From Nitrospirota bacterium (GTDB lineage: Bacteria; Nitrospirota; UBA9217), in assembly GCA_963737155.1 (NCBI GenBank), contig CAVTRN010000002.1:1504001-1568000 (forward strand): a DNA stretch of 64,000 nucleotides, written 5' to 3'. The position numbers and the translations under genes were made by a program. Below are positions 11,178 through 22,136 of the stretch, one piece after another; the first letter of the stretch is position 1; each line of letters begins with the position of its first letter. The notes under the pieces were generated by a model. It saw only the letters and a program-made list of their open reading frames with translations, was not told where the DNA came from and did not search any database.

Positions 11178-12074
11178 ATGCGAGTCGGATTCATTGGCTT
11201 GGGGCGTATGGGGTTTCCCATGGCGCGGAATCTTATCAAAGCGGGGCATTCGGTGGTGGCGCATAATCGCAGTCGGGGTCCCGTTGACCGGCTCGTCGCA
11301 CTCGGCGCCGTGCCCGCTGCGACACCCGCGGAAGTCGCGCGTTCCGTGGAGATCGTCGTGTCCTGCGTCATGACGCCGGAACAGGTGGAAGACATATACC
11401 TCGGGCCGGAGGGTGCGCTCAAGGGCGCGCGTGCCGGCCAGGTGTACATCGACACCAGCACGATCGACCCTATGACCACCAGAAAAATCGGGGAGGCGCT
11501 TCGTGGCAGAGATGTTGCCTTCATCGACGCCCCGATCAGTGGGGGGCCGCTGGGGGCGGAAAACGGAACGCTCAGCGTCATGGTTGGCGCCGATGCCGCT
11601 GCGCTGGAGAAGGCGCGTCCGGTGCTGGAAGTGTTCGGCAAAAACATATTCCACATGGGGCCGATAGGCGCTGGCTGCTCAACCAAGATCTGCAACCAGA
11701 TGCTCACCGGAACAGCGCATGTCTTGGTGGCGGAAGCGATGGTGCTCGGAGCGAAGCTCGGGCTCGACCCGCAAAAGCTTTTCGACGTGCTGCACGTCAG
11801 CTCCGGGCAATGCAGGGCGCTCGACCGGGCTGTCCCCGAAGCCATCCTGCCGCGCAACTTCGCCGCGGTCTACACGGTCGAGGGTATGATCAAAGACCTG
11901 GAGTGTACCATCCGGACGGCTCGGGAGAACGGAGTGAGGCTCTTGTTGCCCACCGTAGCGCAGCAGATATACCAGGAGGCACGAGGCTTGGGCCACGGCG
12001 GCGAGCACCTGGCTGCGGTGATCATGCCCATGGAGAAAATCGCCGGTGTCGAGGCTGACAAAAAGAAACCGTAG
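11178..12074 (+). CDS. 3-hydroxyisobutyrate dehydrogenase-family NAD(P)-dependent oxidoreductase
   Basis: GFIGLGRMG, DAPISGG, catalytic K in TKICNQ, KDL. Confidence 0.92.
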   Translation: MRVGFIGLGRMGFPMARNLIKAGHSVVAHNRSRGPVDRLVALGAVPAATPAEVARSVEIVVSCVMTPEQVEDIYLGPEGALKGARAGQVYIDTSTIDPMTTRKIGEALRGRDVAFIDAPISGGPLGAENGTLSVMVGADAAALEKARPVLEVFGKNIFHMGPIGAGCSTKICNQMLTGTAHVLVAEAMVLGAKLGLDPQKLFDVLHVSSGQCRALDRAVPEAILPRNFAAVYTVEGMIKDLECTIRTARENGVRLLLPTVAQQIYQEARGLGHGGEHLAAVIMPMEKIAGVEADKKKP

Positions 12075-12107
12075 GTCTGAGATGCGGCGGGCTCAAGGAG
12101 TCAGATC

Positions 12108-12270
12108 ATGAAAGTGGTCATCATTGGGGATTTTACGGGCAGTTCAAAGAAAAGGATCGGTGAACAGTTTCTGTCCGATTGGGAGGATTGCGATCGTATC
12201 TGTCGCGGTGATGGACGCCGAACTGACCGACGCGGAAGTCATCATCCCGGAACACGTCATCGTGGACTGA
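12108..12270 (+). pseudogene. N-terminal remnant of a probable 2-hydroxyacid dehydrogenase
   Basis: AGGAG RBS; MKVVIIGDF..., shift, ELTDAEVIIPEH; truncated. Confidence 0.4.
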
Positions 12271-12554
12271 CCGTTCTGGATATAGGAAATTCCGTTCCCC
12301 ATCCCCGCGTTCATTCACCTGTTTTCATACCATGTCAATGACATAAAAACCCTTATCGGTAGTGACTTCATTGAAAAATCATTGACTCATGCGTGTAAAC
12401 TGATATAACTCAAGTTCTTTGAGAGAATTTTGCACTTGGAGTCTATAAACTGATAGTAACTGTCATTTCAGTATTTTGACGCTTTGTCTATTTGCATAAA
12501 ACACAAAAAATAATAAATAAGTTTATTAACCTAATGATAAATAAAAACGGCAAA

Positions 12555-12619
12555 ACCTAACATCAAGCTCGAGCGCGACAGCCGCTAAATAGCGGCTGTG
12601 GCTCAACATGGCGTTCATG
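12555..12619 (+). other. orphan integron attC-like site
   Basis: ACCTAAC-N5-GCTCGAGC...ACAGCCGC/GCGGCTGT stem...GCTCAAC-N5-GTTCATG, 65 bp. Confidence 0.6.
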
Positions 12620-12729
12620 TGTAAGTTCCTACCAATATTCTGCATAGAGAAATCGTCAACACGACTGCAAGATGGCAGATGTATTTGGTACATCCTTCCC
12701 ACTCGTTATCATGCTTATCTACTGATTGA

Positions 12730-12788
12730 ATCATAGTATCCAATAGTTAACTCAGATTTGCAAGGCCCAACTGCCGTTTATAGGATAA
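12730..12788 (-). mobile_element. isolated terminal fragment of the IS1380 at 1-1133
   Basis: 59-bp identity with 1079-1137. Confidence 0.85.
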
Positions 12789-13152
12789 GGGAGAACCATA
12801 CGTTGCCGCTGCTGACGTATATGCGGTCGTTCCGCACATGGGGCGGAGTGGATGGACTTGGTACACCGGATCGGCTGGGTGGATGTACCGACTTATTGTA
12901 GAATCACTTCTGGGACTGCGGCTTGAAACAGACAAACTGCGCTTCGAGCCGTGCTTGCCCGCGGAGTGGGATTCATTCACGGTGCACTATAGGTACCGGG
13001 AAACCATCTACCATATCAGCGTTCGGCAAATGAGCGACAACAGCGAGGCGAGCGTGACCATCGATGGCGTTGAGCAGAGCGGCAATACGATTTCCCTTGT
13101 TGACGACCGTCGTCGGGAGCACGCGGTCGAGGTGAGAATTGCAGCGAGGTGA
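12789..13152 (+). pseudogene. C-terminal fragment of GH94 / cyclic beta-1,2-glucan synthase (NdvB-like) phosphorylase
   Basis: EPYVAAADVY...GRSGWTWYTGSAGWMYR...PCLPAEW. Confidence 0.85.
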
Positions 13153-13262
13153 GTGATAGTATCGGTGTCGCTTTTAGAACAATCATCGACTAATATGCGG
13201 AGTGCGGGGAGAGTTTTTTTTGATAAAAAAACATATAAGTAGTTGAAATATATATTAAATAA

Positions 13263-13361
13263 TGGCGGGAGAGCATGAGAATCGAACTCACCTTTCCTGA
13301 CCAAAGCCAGGAAACAGCGGATTTGAAGTCCGTGACTAGCACCAGCTCAGTAACCTCTCCC
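13263..13361 (-). tRNA. selC: tRNA-Sec (anticodon UCA)
   Basis: GGGAGAG...GGA-CTTCAAA-TCC, 9-bp variable arm, GTGAG-TTCGATT-CTCAT, CTCTCCC-G-CCA; 99 nt. Confidence 0.9.
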
Positions 13362-14063
13362 TTATTTTTTATGTAATTATTATATAATTTCCTATACTTA
13401 ACATTTTCACTTTACCTCATCGAGTATGTTACAGTCCTGCCGAGATCACTTTAGGGTACACATACATGTTAAGATCAACTGTTTTCGTAAATAATTGTAT
13501 AACTATTGATAATTAATGTCTTTATTATTTGATTACAGTTCTATAAGCTCTTTCCCTGATGCTGCATTTTGGTGATACCTACTCCAAATTCCATTATGAC
13601 CGTTACAAAAATAGTTACAATTTTGGATTGCCTTTAGAGTGTTGTCTGCAGTCGTATTGCACGGTTTTTTTTGATGCTTCCTTCAAATGTGATTCACTTC
13701 TCAAAAAAGTTAATAATAAATGGATCACATTTATACGGGAATAATACCATAAATATTCTCATCACCCGCTTTGTTGAGTAAAAAAAGATTTTACAAGCTT
13801 TGGTTTTGTTTTTGAAGTCGACTCTTTCAAAAAAAGTAGATTTTTATGCGTTCGGCAAATCCTCATTGAAAATTAATTTATTCTACACGAATTGTTCTTA
13901 TTTGAGAACAAGAAAAATAGAGTATGCGTGTTCATAAAACCTTTACCCAAATCTTCCCAAAAAAAATCAAATTTCTTGAAAATGAGTATATAGAAAAACG
14001 TTCGTAAATGATTTCATTTATGAACAATATTTGCGGATACTCTCGTTGGATATAGCGAGTGCG

Positions 14064-15587
14064 CAGGTTATACTGTTTTTAGTTGAAATTGAAAAGAGTG
14101 GCTCCCCCGTGGCATAATCCACGGTAGAGAGAGAAAAAAGAAAGGAGCCACTCAATGAAGGATACCACAAGGAAGAGAAAAAAGGCAATACGAGGAATTG
14201 AAGAGGCATACGGAAGGCGGGAGATCATCGAACAGATGTATTGTGTCTTCGCAAAAGGGAAACAGGGTTTTGATGAATGCATGAAGGAAATGGGCAGAAT
14301 GATGGCAGAGACGATCATGTACATCGAGCGGGAGGAGATTGCCGGCCCCGACTACCAGCCTAACAGTCCCGATCTGCGGAAGTGGGCTAGCCAGGGCGGT
14401 TCCGTCTATATCGGCGATCAGAAGATCCCGGTGACCCACCCTCGGCTTCGAGGTCCGGCGGGTGAGATTGTACTGCAGAGCTATCAGAAGATGAAAAAAC
14501 CGGAAGTCTTCGCAGAAGAATTGCTTGGAAAGGTGCTTCGGGGCATATCATGCCGGAAGTATGCGGAGACAGTTGTAGATACGGCACGAGCATTTGGAGT
14601 GTCCGCCAGCACGGTATCGAGCCATATCGTCGCGGCAACAGCAAAACAGCTTCAGGAGTTTAAGGAACGGTCACTCACGTCATTCGTTCCCTTTGCGGTC
14701 TTTTTAGACACTGTTCACCGCGGCGGAGAGGCATTCATCGTGGCGCTGGGGCTTGATATTGCCGGAAAGAAGCAGACATTGGGGTTCTGGCAGGGGGCGA
14801 CGGAGAACCATGAACTGTGTGAAGAGCTGTTTTCTGATATAGAGCGGCGGGGTCTGATACTTTCACGACGAATCATCTGGGTTACCGATGGCGGCAAGGG
14901 CGTAATCAAGGCACTCCGGGATCGCTTCGGTAAGAAACTCATCCATCAGCGGTGCACGATCCACAAGGACCGGAATATACAGCATCATTTGCCGAAGAAA
15001 TACCGGAAAGGCGCACACTGGAGGTTCCGGACAGCCCTGGAGCAGAATAATTACGCGGACGCTCGTCAGATGCTTCTGGACATGGAGAAATGGCTTCGGG
15101 GCATTAATGAGTCGGCGGCTGATTCGCTCATGGAAGCGATAGAAGACATTCTCACCCTTCATCGATTGAAGGTCCCCGCTCTCTTGAGGAAGACGTTGCA
15201 TTCTACCAATCCTATCGAGAGCATGTTTTCCACGGTGAGAAAAGCAGAAGGCAATATAAAGCGCTACCGCGACAGCAAGATGATGCAGCGCTGGCTCGCT
15301 TCTGTCCTCTTATATGCTGAACAAGGATTCAGAAAGATCAAGGGCCACGCCTTCATCGCGGACGTGATGAAACGGATCGAAGCGGAAGAATTAAATGACC
15401 TAACAGTCAAAGAGGCTGCGTAAAGGGGGATGGTTAGGTATGGCTCGGCCTCAGAAAACTCACATATGGCGATCCTACGAATCCGATTTTATAAACAGCG
15501 ATGATTTACACCGTTGAACCGATAAAAATACTTTAGCCGAAGGGAACGGGCCACTCAGATAATTTCAACTAAAAGCTTGACCTCGTC
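14064..15587 (+). mobile_element. IS256-family insertion sequence
   Basis: Imperfect IRs sharing TTTTAGTTGAAATT; 9-bp target duplication GCGAGTGCG at 14055-14063 and 15588-15596. Confidence 0.9.
14155..15423 (+). CDS. IS256-family transposase
   Basis: GISCRKY, FLD, VTDGGKG, QRCTIHK, STNPIES. Confidence 0.95.
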   Translation: MKDTTRKRKKAIRGIEEAYGRREIIEQMYCVFAKGKQGFDECMKEMGRMMAETIMYIEREEIAGPDYQPNSPDLRKWASQGGSVYIGDQKIPVTHPRLRGPAGEIVLQSYQKMKKPEVFAEELLGKVLRGISCRKYAETVVDTARAFGVSASTVSSHIVAATAKQLQEFKERSLTSFVPFAVFLDTVHRGGEAFIVALGLDIAGKKQTLGFWQGATENHELCEELFSDIERRGLILSRRIIWVTDGGKGVIKALRDRFGKKLIHQRCTIHKDRNIQHHLPKKYRKGAHWRFRTALEQNNYADARQMLLDMEKWLRGINESAADSLMEAIEDILTLHRLKVPALLRKTLHSTNPIESMFSTVRKAEGNIKRYRDSKMMQRWLASVLLYAEQGFRKIKGHAFIADVMKRIEAEELNDLTVKEAA

Positions 15588-15896
15588 GCGAGTGCGACTG
15601 CATAGTACATATCGTAATAATGCATTCAACAAAAATATATCAGTCGCGCGTGGACTGCAATTAGGATAATTATGAATGAAGAAGAGATTCTGGAAACATA
15701 TAAAGCACACGAAGACCTTTATTTACACGGTGATACTCGGTCAAGACACGAGAACGTTCATGGGTGGGGTGCGGTTCTGAGCAGGGAAGGTTGACGGCAG
15801 CGTGACGCGGAATCCGAGGTTCTGCCGATGACGTTAACCTATTGTAAATTTTAAAGGGAACAGGGGGTAGTCCTAGCTCTCCTTTTTATTGTTCAG

Positions 15897-15930
15897 AAAA
15901 ACAAAAGCCCACTCGGTGAGGAATGGGCTT
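15897..15930 (-). terminator. rho-independent terminator after HU
   Basis: AAGCCCA...TGGGCTT stem followed by a T-tract on the minus strand. Confidence 0.65.
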
Positions 15931-15958
15931 GGGTTAACAGAACAGATAGGATAAGGGA

Positions 15959-16246
15959 TTACTTCTTGCCGAGGATTGCATCCTTTGCGGCTTTGGCAAC
16001 TCTGAATTTGACAACCTTTTTCGCGGGTATCTTGATGGCTTCCCCGGTTCCGGGGTTCCTGCCCATACGGGCTTTACGCTGAACAAGTACGAGTTTGCCG
16101 AGTCCAGGAAGCGTGAAGGTGTTCTTGGCTTCCTTGTAAGCGATTTCTGCGATAAAATTGAGAATCTCAGCGGCTGCCTTCTTGGTGATAGATGCCTTTT
16201 CCGCTACCTTTGCTACCAACTGCGCTTTGGTCATTACCTTTGCCAT
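15959..16246 (-). CDS. HU family DNA-binding protein
   Basis: MTKAQLVAKVAE...LPGLGKL...RKARMGRNPGTGEAIKIPAKKVVKF. Confidence 0.95.
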   Translation of the reverse strand: MAKVMTKAQLVAKVAEKASITKKAAAEILNFIAEIAYKEAKNTFTLPGLGKLVLVQRKARMGRNPGTGEAIKIPAKKVVKFRVAKAAKDAILGKK

Positions 16247-16333
16247 GAATGCCCCTCCTATGAAGTAGAATGGTGATTCGATGCTGCAAATATAGTCGAA
16301 TGTAAGAATATTGGCAAGAATTATTAGACCAAT

Positions 16334-16612
16334 CTATCTTTCGTGAAATTTATATGTTATGAAGGCAATTAGTGCCCCGATACATCCGGCACCCAATGAT
16401 ATTACAAGTAGAGTATAAGGCGAACTGATAAAGCGACTCATTACAATGGTACAAACTGGACTAAAAATCACAAAACTGTTAAACATGATAACAAATAACC
16501 GCTTTTTCTCTGACTTGACCCACTTAAACTGCCATCGAGTAGATAATATTATAGATAAAAGAGAGAGTAGAATTATTATAATCGCAGCAAAAAATCATCT
16601 TTGATTTATCAT
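16334..16612 (-). pseudogene. small membrane protein with premature TGA at codon 6
   Basis: MINQR*FFAAIIIILLSLLSII...LLVISLGAGCIGALIAF; 93 codons in one frame. Confidence 0.45.
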
Positions 16613-16627
16613 ATTGGGTGGTTGACG

Positions 16628-16795
16628 TTACTTTAATGAATGAAGCACAAACATATTTCCTTCAGTATCATAAACGAGGGAGATAAATCCGTACTCACCA
16701 ATGGAAAATTTCTTTTTCTCAATACTTCCTCCATTTTTTACCACCGTTTTTCCTCAATTGCGCAATCTGCGCAACTGAAGTAAACTACGGTGCTA
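16628..16795 (-). pseudogene. 3' remnant of the VOC gene
   Basis: Near-identical to 5842-6010. Confidence 0.8.
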
Positions 16796-17378
16796 TCTGA
16801 GAAGCCTGTACGCCTGCCAAAAATGATGGAAAGAGCCAGGTTATCTTCTTGGCGATATGTTCCCCAAGCCGGTATTCCCGTCGGTTGCCCAGTAACATGG
16901 ACGGACGAGCTATCGTAACAGAAGGATACCCAAGTGCCAGGATAGCGTCTTCCAACTCACCTTTTATGCGATTATAAAAGAACCGAGAGCGGGGATTTGC
17001 ACCAATGGCACTTACCAGTAGGAATTGACGGGCACCCTGTGAGCGAACAAGCTTGGCAACTGTAAGGGGATAATCATAATCGACATGCCTAAATGCCGCC
17101 TGTGTCTTTGCCTTAGCTATTGTGGTTCCAAGTGCACAGAAGACTATGTCAACGTCAAACCATTCGGCGTGGTCCTGTAGCCGTTCAAAATCAGCGATTA
17201 GTTCCTTGACCACAGGAGATTTGTCCTGAGATGGCAATGAACGTCTTGTCAGAGCGCGAACCTCAGCTATTGTGCTGTCCTGAACAAGTAGGTGAAGGAT
17301 ATTCTGCCCTACAAGTCCTGTAGCTCCTACCAACATGGCACGTTGCTTTGTATTTGTCTGATTGTCAGTCATTGTCAT
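16785..17378 (-). pseudogene. second NAD(P)H-binding oxidoreductase copy, C-terminally truncated
   Basis: Paralog of 6337-7014; ends at a deletion junction into the VOC remnant. Confidence 0.8.
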
Positions 17379-18048
17379 ATTGGCTCGATGTTATCAGGCT
17401 GGTTATATTTGAATGAGTAATGAGTTCACCTTGGGCGTGACCCTGTAAGCTACGAGTTCCTCCGATGGAAAGGGCTTCAAAAGGGGCAGAAGGACACCTT
17501 TATCGTGTTCATTGGGATTAATCCAAAGTTTGAAATCATCTTGGTGAAGAATCACAGGCATTCTATTGTGGATTGGCTTCATAAGTTCATTTGCATCGGT
17601 CGTGATGATTGTTGAGGTACAGAGTTCCTCACCTTCTGGTGATTTCCAATTATTGAAAAGACCCACGAAGCCCATAGGGTTCTTTGACTTGAGCCGCGTG
17701 TAGTATGGAATCTTCACCTTGTCTTGTTTCTGCCATTCATAAAATCCATCAGCAACAACAAGACAGCGGTGATTAATGAAAGCATCCTTGTATGAACGAC
17801 TGGAATCTACAGTTTCCGACCTTGCGTTTATCATCGAGTATGCACTTTGTTTTTCCTTTGTCCAAAATGGTAAGAATCCCCAATGGCTTGAGATTAGGAT
17901 GTTCTTCTTGCTGTCATTGATGACAATGGGGATCATCCTGCGTTGGAGCCACGTTGTAACTGGGGCGGATGTTAAAATTGATAATGTCTATTTGAAAAAT
18001 CATTGCGATGATGTCAATGGCACTGTGTATGTCAAAGCGTCCGCACAT
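17375..18048 (-). pseudogene. SRAP family protein, frameshifted
   Basis: MCGRF start at 18048, YNVAPTQ, shift, WG..INARSE..RCLVVADGFYEW..HNRMPVIL; second shift near the 3' end. Confidence 0.85.
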
Positions 18049-18359
18049 GGGGAACCTCTGACGATTATTATAACGGAAGAAATCCAGATTTACGAACCTA
18101 ATGTAAATTTCTGACGGAAGAATGTGTGAGGTTATGTCTTTTCTTTTTTGAGGACGCCTTGCGAGTTTTAGGGCTGGTGGTGACTGTCGGCTTTTTAGCT
18201 AGATTACTGATTATACGGGATAACGGGACATCGAGGGCTTTTGAAATAGCGTAAAAGCTTAGGATGGAACCGTTCAGCTAACCGTTCTCCAAATTCGATA
18301 TGAAGGTTGGATGCTGGCTAGACATTTTAGCAAGTTTCTCCTGGGAAAGCTTTTTCGAT

Positions 18360-18907
18360 GTTCGGATGACCCGTTCCGCCAAGGTTCGGCAGACTGGATG
18401 AACCAGAGATTGACCCCAGAGAGAAAGCAGAGGCGCATAAGCGGCCCCATTCCTCGTGGAACTTCCGAAGAAGGCGATTTCATTGTCTATCTGAAGATTC
18501 TCGAGGATGCCCATGCGCTGCCAGACCGAAAAAGAACGATATACACTGTCGCCAAAATCGCCCGATCGAAATAGCTCACTTGGACGCGAGTGATTTTCTC
18601 AGAGGGAGCGAAAGGACCGATTATGGCCGAAGTTGTCCTCCTCAGAGTCTATCCCATCCAGGACGACCGTCCCAGGGAGTCCGAAGGCTGGCTTTTCTTA
18701 AGACGCAAGGCTACGTTTAAAAAAGCCGCGGCACTGACACTGTCGCAAGCGAGATTATTGATTATGGCTGTACTGCCGTGTGCAATGATAACGCCCACGC
18801 ATGTTATTGAGATCGTAGATTATCATAGAAAAAGAAATTACATTGCATATCGATCACACAGAAAAAAGAAACTTATGATGTTGGTAAGCAATAAAAGTCC
18901 GCTGTAG
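18360..18907 (+). pseudogene. IS701-like transposase remnants
   Basis: SEGAKGPI, GWLFLRR, LTLSQAR, YHRKRNYIAYRSHRKK; abuts an XRE-HTH fragment at ~18278-18360 on the minus strand. Confidence 0.65.
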
Positions 18908-18946
18908 TAATAATGAGAACGAGCCTTTCTATCGGTAGGTAGTAGG

Positions 18947-19396
18947 TCATAGCCTCACGATGAGCACGGGGATTTTCGTATCCTTGTGCATTACGCCGTA
19001 CGTTACGCTGCCGAGGACGGCCGCTTTAAGGGCGCTTTTGCCATGGGAGCCTACAACAATCAGGTCAACCTTCGATTTAGTTGCCTCATTCACAATTTTT
19101 TCCACAGGATGTCCTGTCCTTATTACCGCTTTGTATTGAATATGATTCCATTCGCAAACCTTTGCTGTTTCATCCGTAGAGGATTGCGCTGATTGCTTCA
19201 GATTATCTGCGACAGACTCTTTTAAATGGGTCGGTGATGCAGAAGCCGAAGCCGACTGGGCGACTATGAAGCGGTTATCTATAACACTAAGCAGCGTCAA
19301 AGATGCGCCAGTCTGTTTCGCGAGCTCGACCGCATATTTTGCCGCCTTCCGTGACACTTTTGAACCGTCTATTGGTACAAGAATCTTTGAAATCAT
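18947..19396 (-). CDS. universal stress protein (UspA family)
   Basis: KILVPIDGS, DLIVVGSHG...LGSVT, PVLIV. Confidence 0.95.
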   Translation of the reverse strand: MISKILVPIDGSKVSRKAAKYAVELAKQTGASLTLLSVIDNRFIVAQSASASASPTHLKESVADNLKQSAQSSTDETAKVCEWNHIQYKAVIRTGHPVEKIVNEATKSKVDLIVVGSHGKSALKAAVLGSVTYGVMHKDTKIPVLIVRL

Positions 19397-19871
19397 AAAA
19401 CCTCCACTTTTTTATGATTCACGAAGTAATCAAGCCGATGTTCTTTTGCATTAATGACTGGTAAATCGTTATGTTGTGAATTTCTTATAAGCCGTACATT
19501 TGTTGTCCATTCCCTTCTTTCGAGTATAGAGCACTGTTCGTATTGTTTCAAGGTCAGAGACTCGATAAAAGGTGTAATTCAAATGCCGGGCGCATGTAGC
19601 AAACTGAGATCGACACACAAATCGTTCCGTACTATCAATTAGTAACGAAAAATGTGCTACACTTTAATATACAAACATATTGATTGACATGGATTATTCT
19701 CGGTCATAATTTGTTAGCATTCTATGGGTATATAAGCCGTGATGTTGGGTTGGATATCCGCGACTTACATGAGAAGATCTGCGTTTTTTATGAATGAGTG
19801 GCGGCGGCTAAAGGAGTCCTTAGGAGGAAATTTATCCGACCCGAAAGAAACAAAGAAAGGATGACAATATT

Positions 19872-20024
19872 ATGAGGAAAAAAATTAGACTATTGATAAT
19901 CGGGGTCATGTTGGTCGTGTCCAGCAATAGTTTCTGGGGCTGCCGTAGAGGATCTGAGGGCGACCACCACCATGATGAACATCATGAAGATCACGGCGGT
20001 GATGAGCATGGGGATCACCATTAA
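19872..20024 (+). CDS. 50-aa His/Asp/Glu-rich putative lipoprotein
   Basis: MRKKIRLLIIGVMLVVSSNSFWGCRRGSEGDHHHDEHHEDHGGDEHGDHH; paralog at 28426. Confidence 0.7.
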   Translation: MRKKIRLLIIGVMLVVSSNSFWGCRRGSEGDHHHDEHHEDHGGDEHGDHH

Positions 20025-20408
20025 AATGCTGCCGGGTCCGGTCAAGTTAAATTAGGTTAGCGATTTACTTGATTCAACCTGTTACAATATATATGGAAGA
20101 CGTAGTTCGTCGGCGTTTCGCTGAGGGATCAACGATCTGCCTGTAAAACAAGCCATTTGCGGCAATGCTGCGATATTCGACAATCATAAGAATTCAAAAT
20201 ACATAGAGGGTCGGGTGATGTAATTACCCCATGTTCCTTTTACCTTAAAAGGTTCGTATCCAGATAAAAGACAGCAGATTATAGTAAGTGATCCTTCTGT
20301 ATTTAGCAAAGAGGCGCAAGTTCATGGCGTGCCAAGGCGTGTGTGCAACCTGAAGGTCTTATAGTCCAGTTGCCTATCTGGCTAAAGTATAATGCCGATC
20401 CAGAAAAT

Positions 20409-22136
20409 ATGAAAAACCCCTCTTTATCGGACAGACAGAATGATAGTCTCGGCTCCCTTCGCCAGGAGGCCGAAAAAAAGTTGCGCACGCAGCTTGAGAG
20501 GCTGCAAAAACTCTCTGCCCAGGACATTCAGGAGCTTGTCCACGAGCTTGGGACGCACCAGCTCGAGCTGGAGATGCAGAATGAAGAACTGAGCAAGGCC
20601 CGGGATGAACTGGAGTCATCGAGGAATCAGTACGCCGAATTATATGACTTTGCTCCTGTCGGCTATTTTACCATTGATGCACACGGACTGATAGAGGGAG
20701 TAAATCTTACCGGCGCGCGTTTGCTGGGAATCGAGAGGGGATTGCTGCTTAAGAGGCCCTTTACCAGTTTTATCGCAGAAGCGGCGGAAAGGGAGATTTT
20801 TTCGAAACATCGCGAAGAGGTTTATCAAAAACAGGGCAGCCACATATGTGAAATCAGGCTTAGGAAAAAAGAAGGCGCGGCATTTTATGCGCAGCTCCAT
20901 AGCGTAGCGAAGGGAAATATCAACGACGAAACCGGCTATATCCTTACCACGATCATCGACGTCTCCGATCGCAGGAGGGCAGAAGACGCGCTTCAAAACG
21001 CGTATGGCGAGCTTGACGTGAAGGTAAAGGAACGGACAGGAGAGTTGATTAGAGTAAACGAGCTGCTCATGAAGGAAATAGATGAGCGAAAGGGATCGGA
21101 AGAGTCGCTTCGGAAAGCGTATTCGGAAAATGCGCACTTAAAGGACCGGTTCCAGGCCGAGAATATCTATCTTCACAAAGATATAGACAGGGAGTTCAAC
21201 TTCGGTGAAATCATTGGGCGTAGCAATGCTCTCGAGTATGTGTTCTTCCGGGTCGAACAGGTGGCTCCCCAGGATGCGACCGTTCTCCTCCTTGGCGAGA
21301 CCGGGACGGGCAAGGGAGTGGTAGCGCGCGCTATTCACAGCAGGAGTAGCCGCAAGGACCGGATAATGATAACGGTCAACTGCTCGGCACTTCCGACGAA
21401 CCTCATTGAAAGCGAGCTTTTCGGTCGGGAAAAGGGCGCGTTCACCGGCTCCAATGAACGGCAGATGGGGCGCTTCGAACTTGCTGACAACAGTACCCTG
21501 TTTCTCGACGAGATCGGCGAAATGCCTATGGATCTTCAGACCAAGCTGCTCAGGGTCCTCCAGGACGGTGAGTTTGAGCGTCTGGGCGGCCCAAAGACCA
21601 TCAAGGTCAATGTGAGGATCATCGCGTCCACCAACCGGAATCTGGAGGATGAGATCCGGAAGGGCAGGTTCCGTGAAGACCTGTTCTACCGGCTGAATGT
21701 TTTCCCCATCACGATCCCGCCGCTCCGACAGCGCAAGGAGGACATCCCGCTTCTTGTCGATTATTTTGTCGCCAAATTCAACAAGAAAACAGGAAAGAAG
21801 ATCGAAACAGTGTCGAAAGACACCCTGAACGTTTTGCAGGAATACCATTGGCCGGGCAACGTGCGCGAGCTGGAGAGTATCATCGAGCGGGCAGTGATCA
21901 CGAGCCAGGGATCTCGCTTGCAGATACTGGACCGGTTCGAGAATTCCCTGCGGGCTGGAGAACAGGAGGCGCACCAATACAAGGCCCTTGTTGATCTCGA
22001 ACGTGACCATATCCTTCAAGCGCTCGAAAAAACAGGGTGGAGGATCGAAGGGAAAAAAGGCGCAGCGTCGTTGCTTGGTCTCAACCCCAGCACGCTTCGT
22101 GGCCGGATGCGGAAAGGTGGCATCCGCCGATCATAA
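20409..22136 (+). CDS. PAS-domain sigma-54-dependent transcriptional activator (FhlA/NtrC type)
   Basis: PAS (YDFAPVGY), [33 protein letters not shown]-terminal HTH. Confidence 0.95.
   Translation: MKNPSLSDRQNDSLGSLRQEAEKKLRTQLERLQKLSAQDIQELVHELGTHQLELEMQNEELSKARDELESSRNQYAELYDFAPVGYFTIDAHGLIEGVNLTGARLLGIERGLLLKRPFTSFIAEAAEREIFSKHREEVYQKQGSHICEIRLRKKEGAAFYAQLHSVAKGNINDETGYILTTIIDVSDRRRAEDALQNAYGELDVKVKERTGELIRVNELLMKEIDERKGSEESLRKAYSENAHLKDRFQAENIYLHKDIDREFNFGEIIGRSNALEYVFFRVEQVAPQDATVLLLGETGTGKGVVARAIHSRSSRKDRIMITVNCSALPTNLIESELFGREKGAFTGSNERQMGRFELADNSTLFLDEIGEMPMDLQTKLLRVLQDGEFERLGGPKTIKVNVRIIASTNRNLEDEIRKGRFREDLFYRLNVFPITIPPLRQRKEDIPLLVDYFVAKFNKKTGKKIETVSKDTLNVLQEYHWPGNVRELESIIERAVITSQGSRLQILDRFENSLRAGEQEAHQYKALVDLERDHILQALEKTGWRIEGKKGAASLLGLNPSTLRGRMRKGGIRRS

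Noticed and set aside
13400-14050. AT-rich tract with GTTACA repeats as an origin or integrase arm sites
   Set aside because: Repeats are short and few; no rep or integrase gene nearby
16334-16612. In-frame TGA near selC as a possible selenocysteine codon
   Set aside because: Hydrophobic membrane context, no redox motif and no evident SECIS hairpin; a Trp-to-stop mutation is simpler
18278-18514. XRE-like regulator ORF
   Set aside because: Only a short HTH piece joined to antisense IS701 remnant sequence
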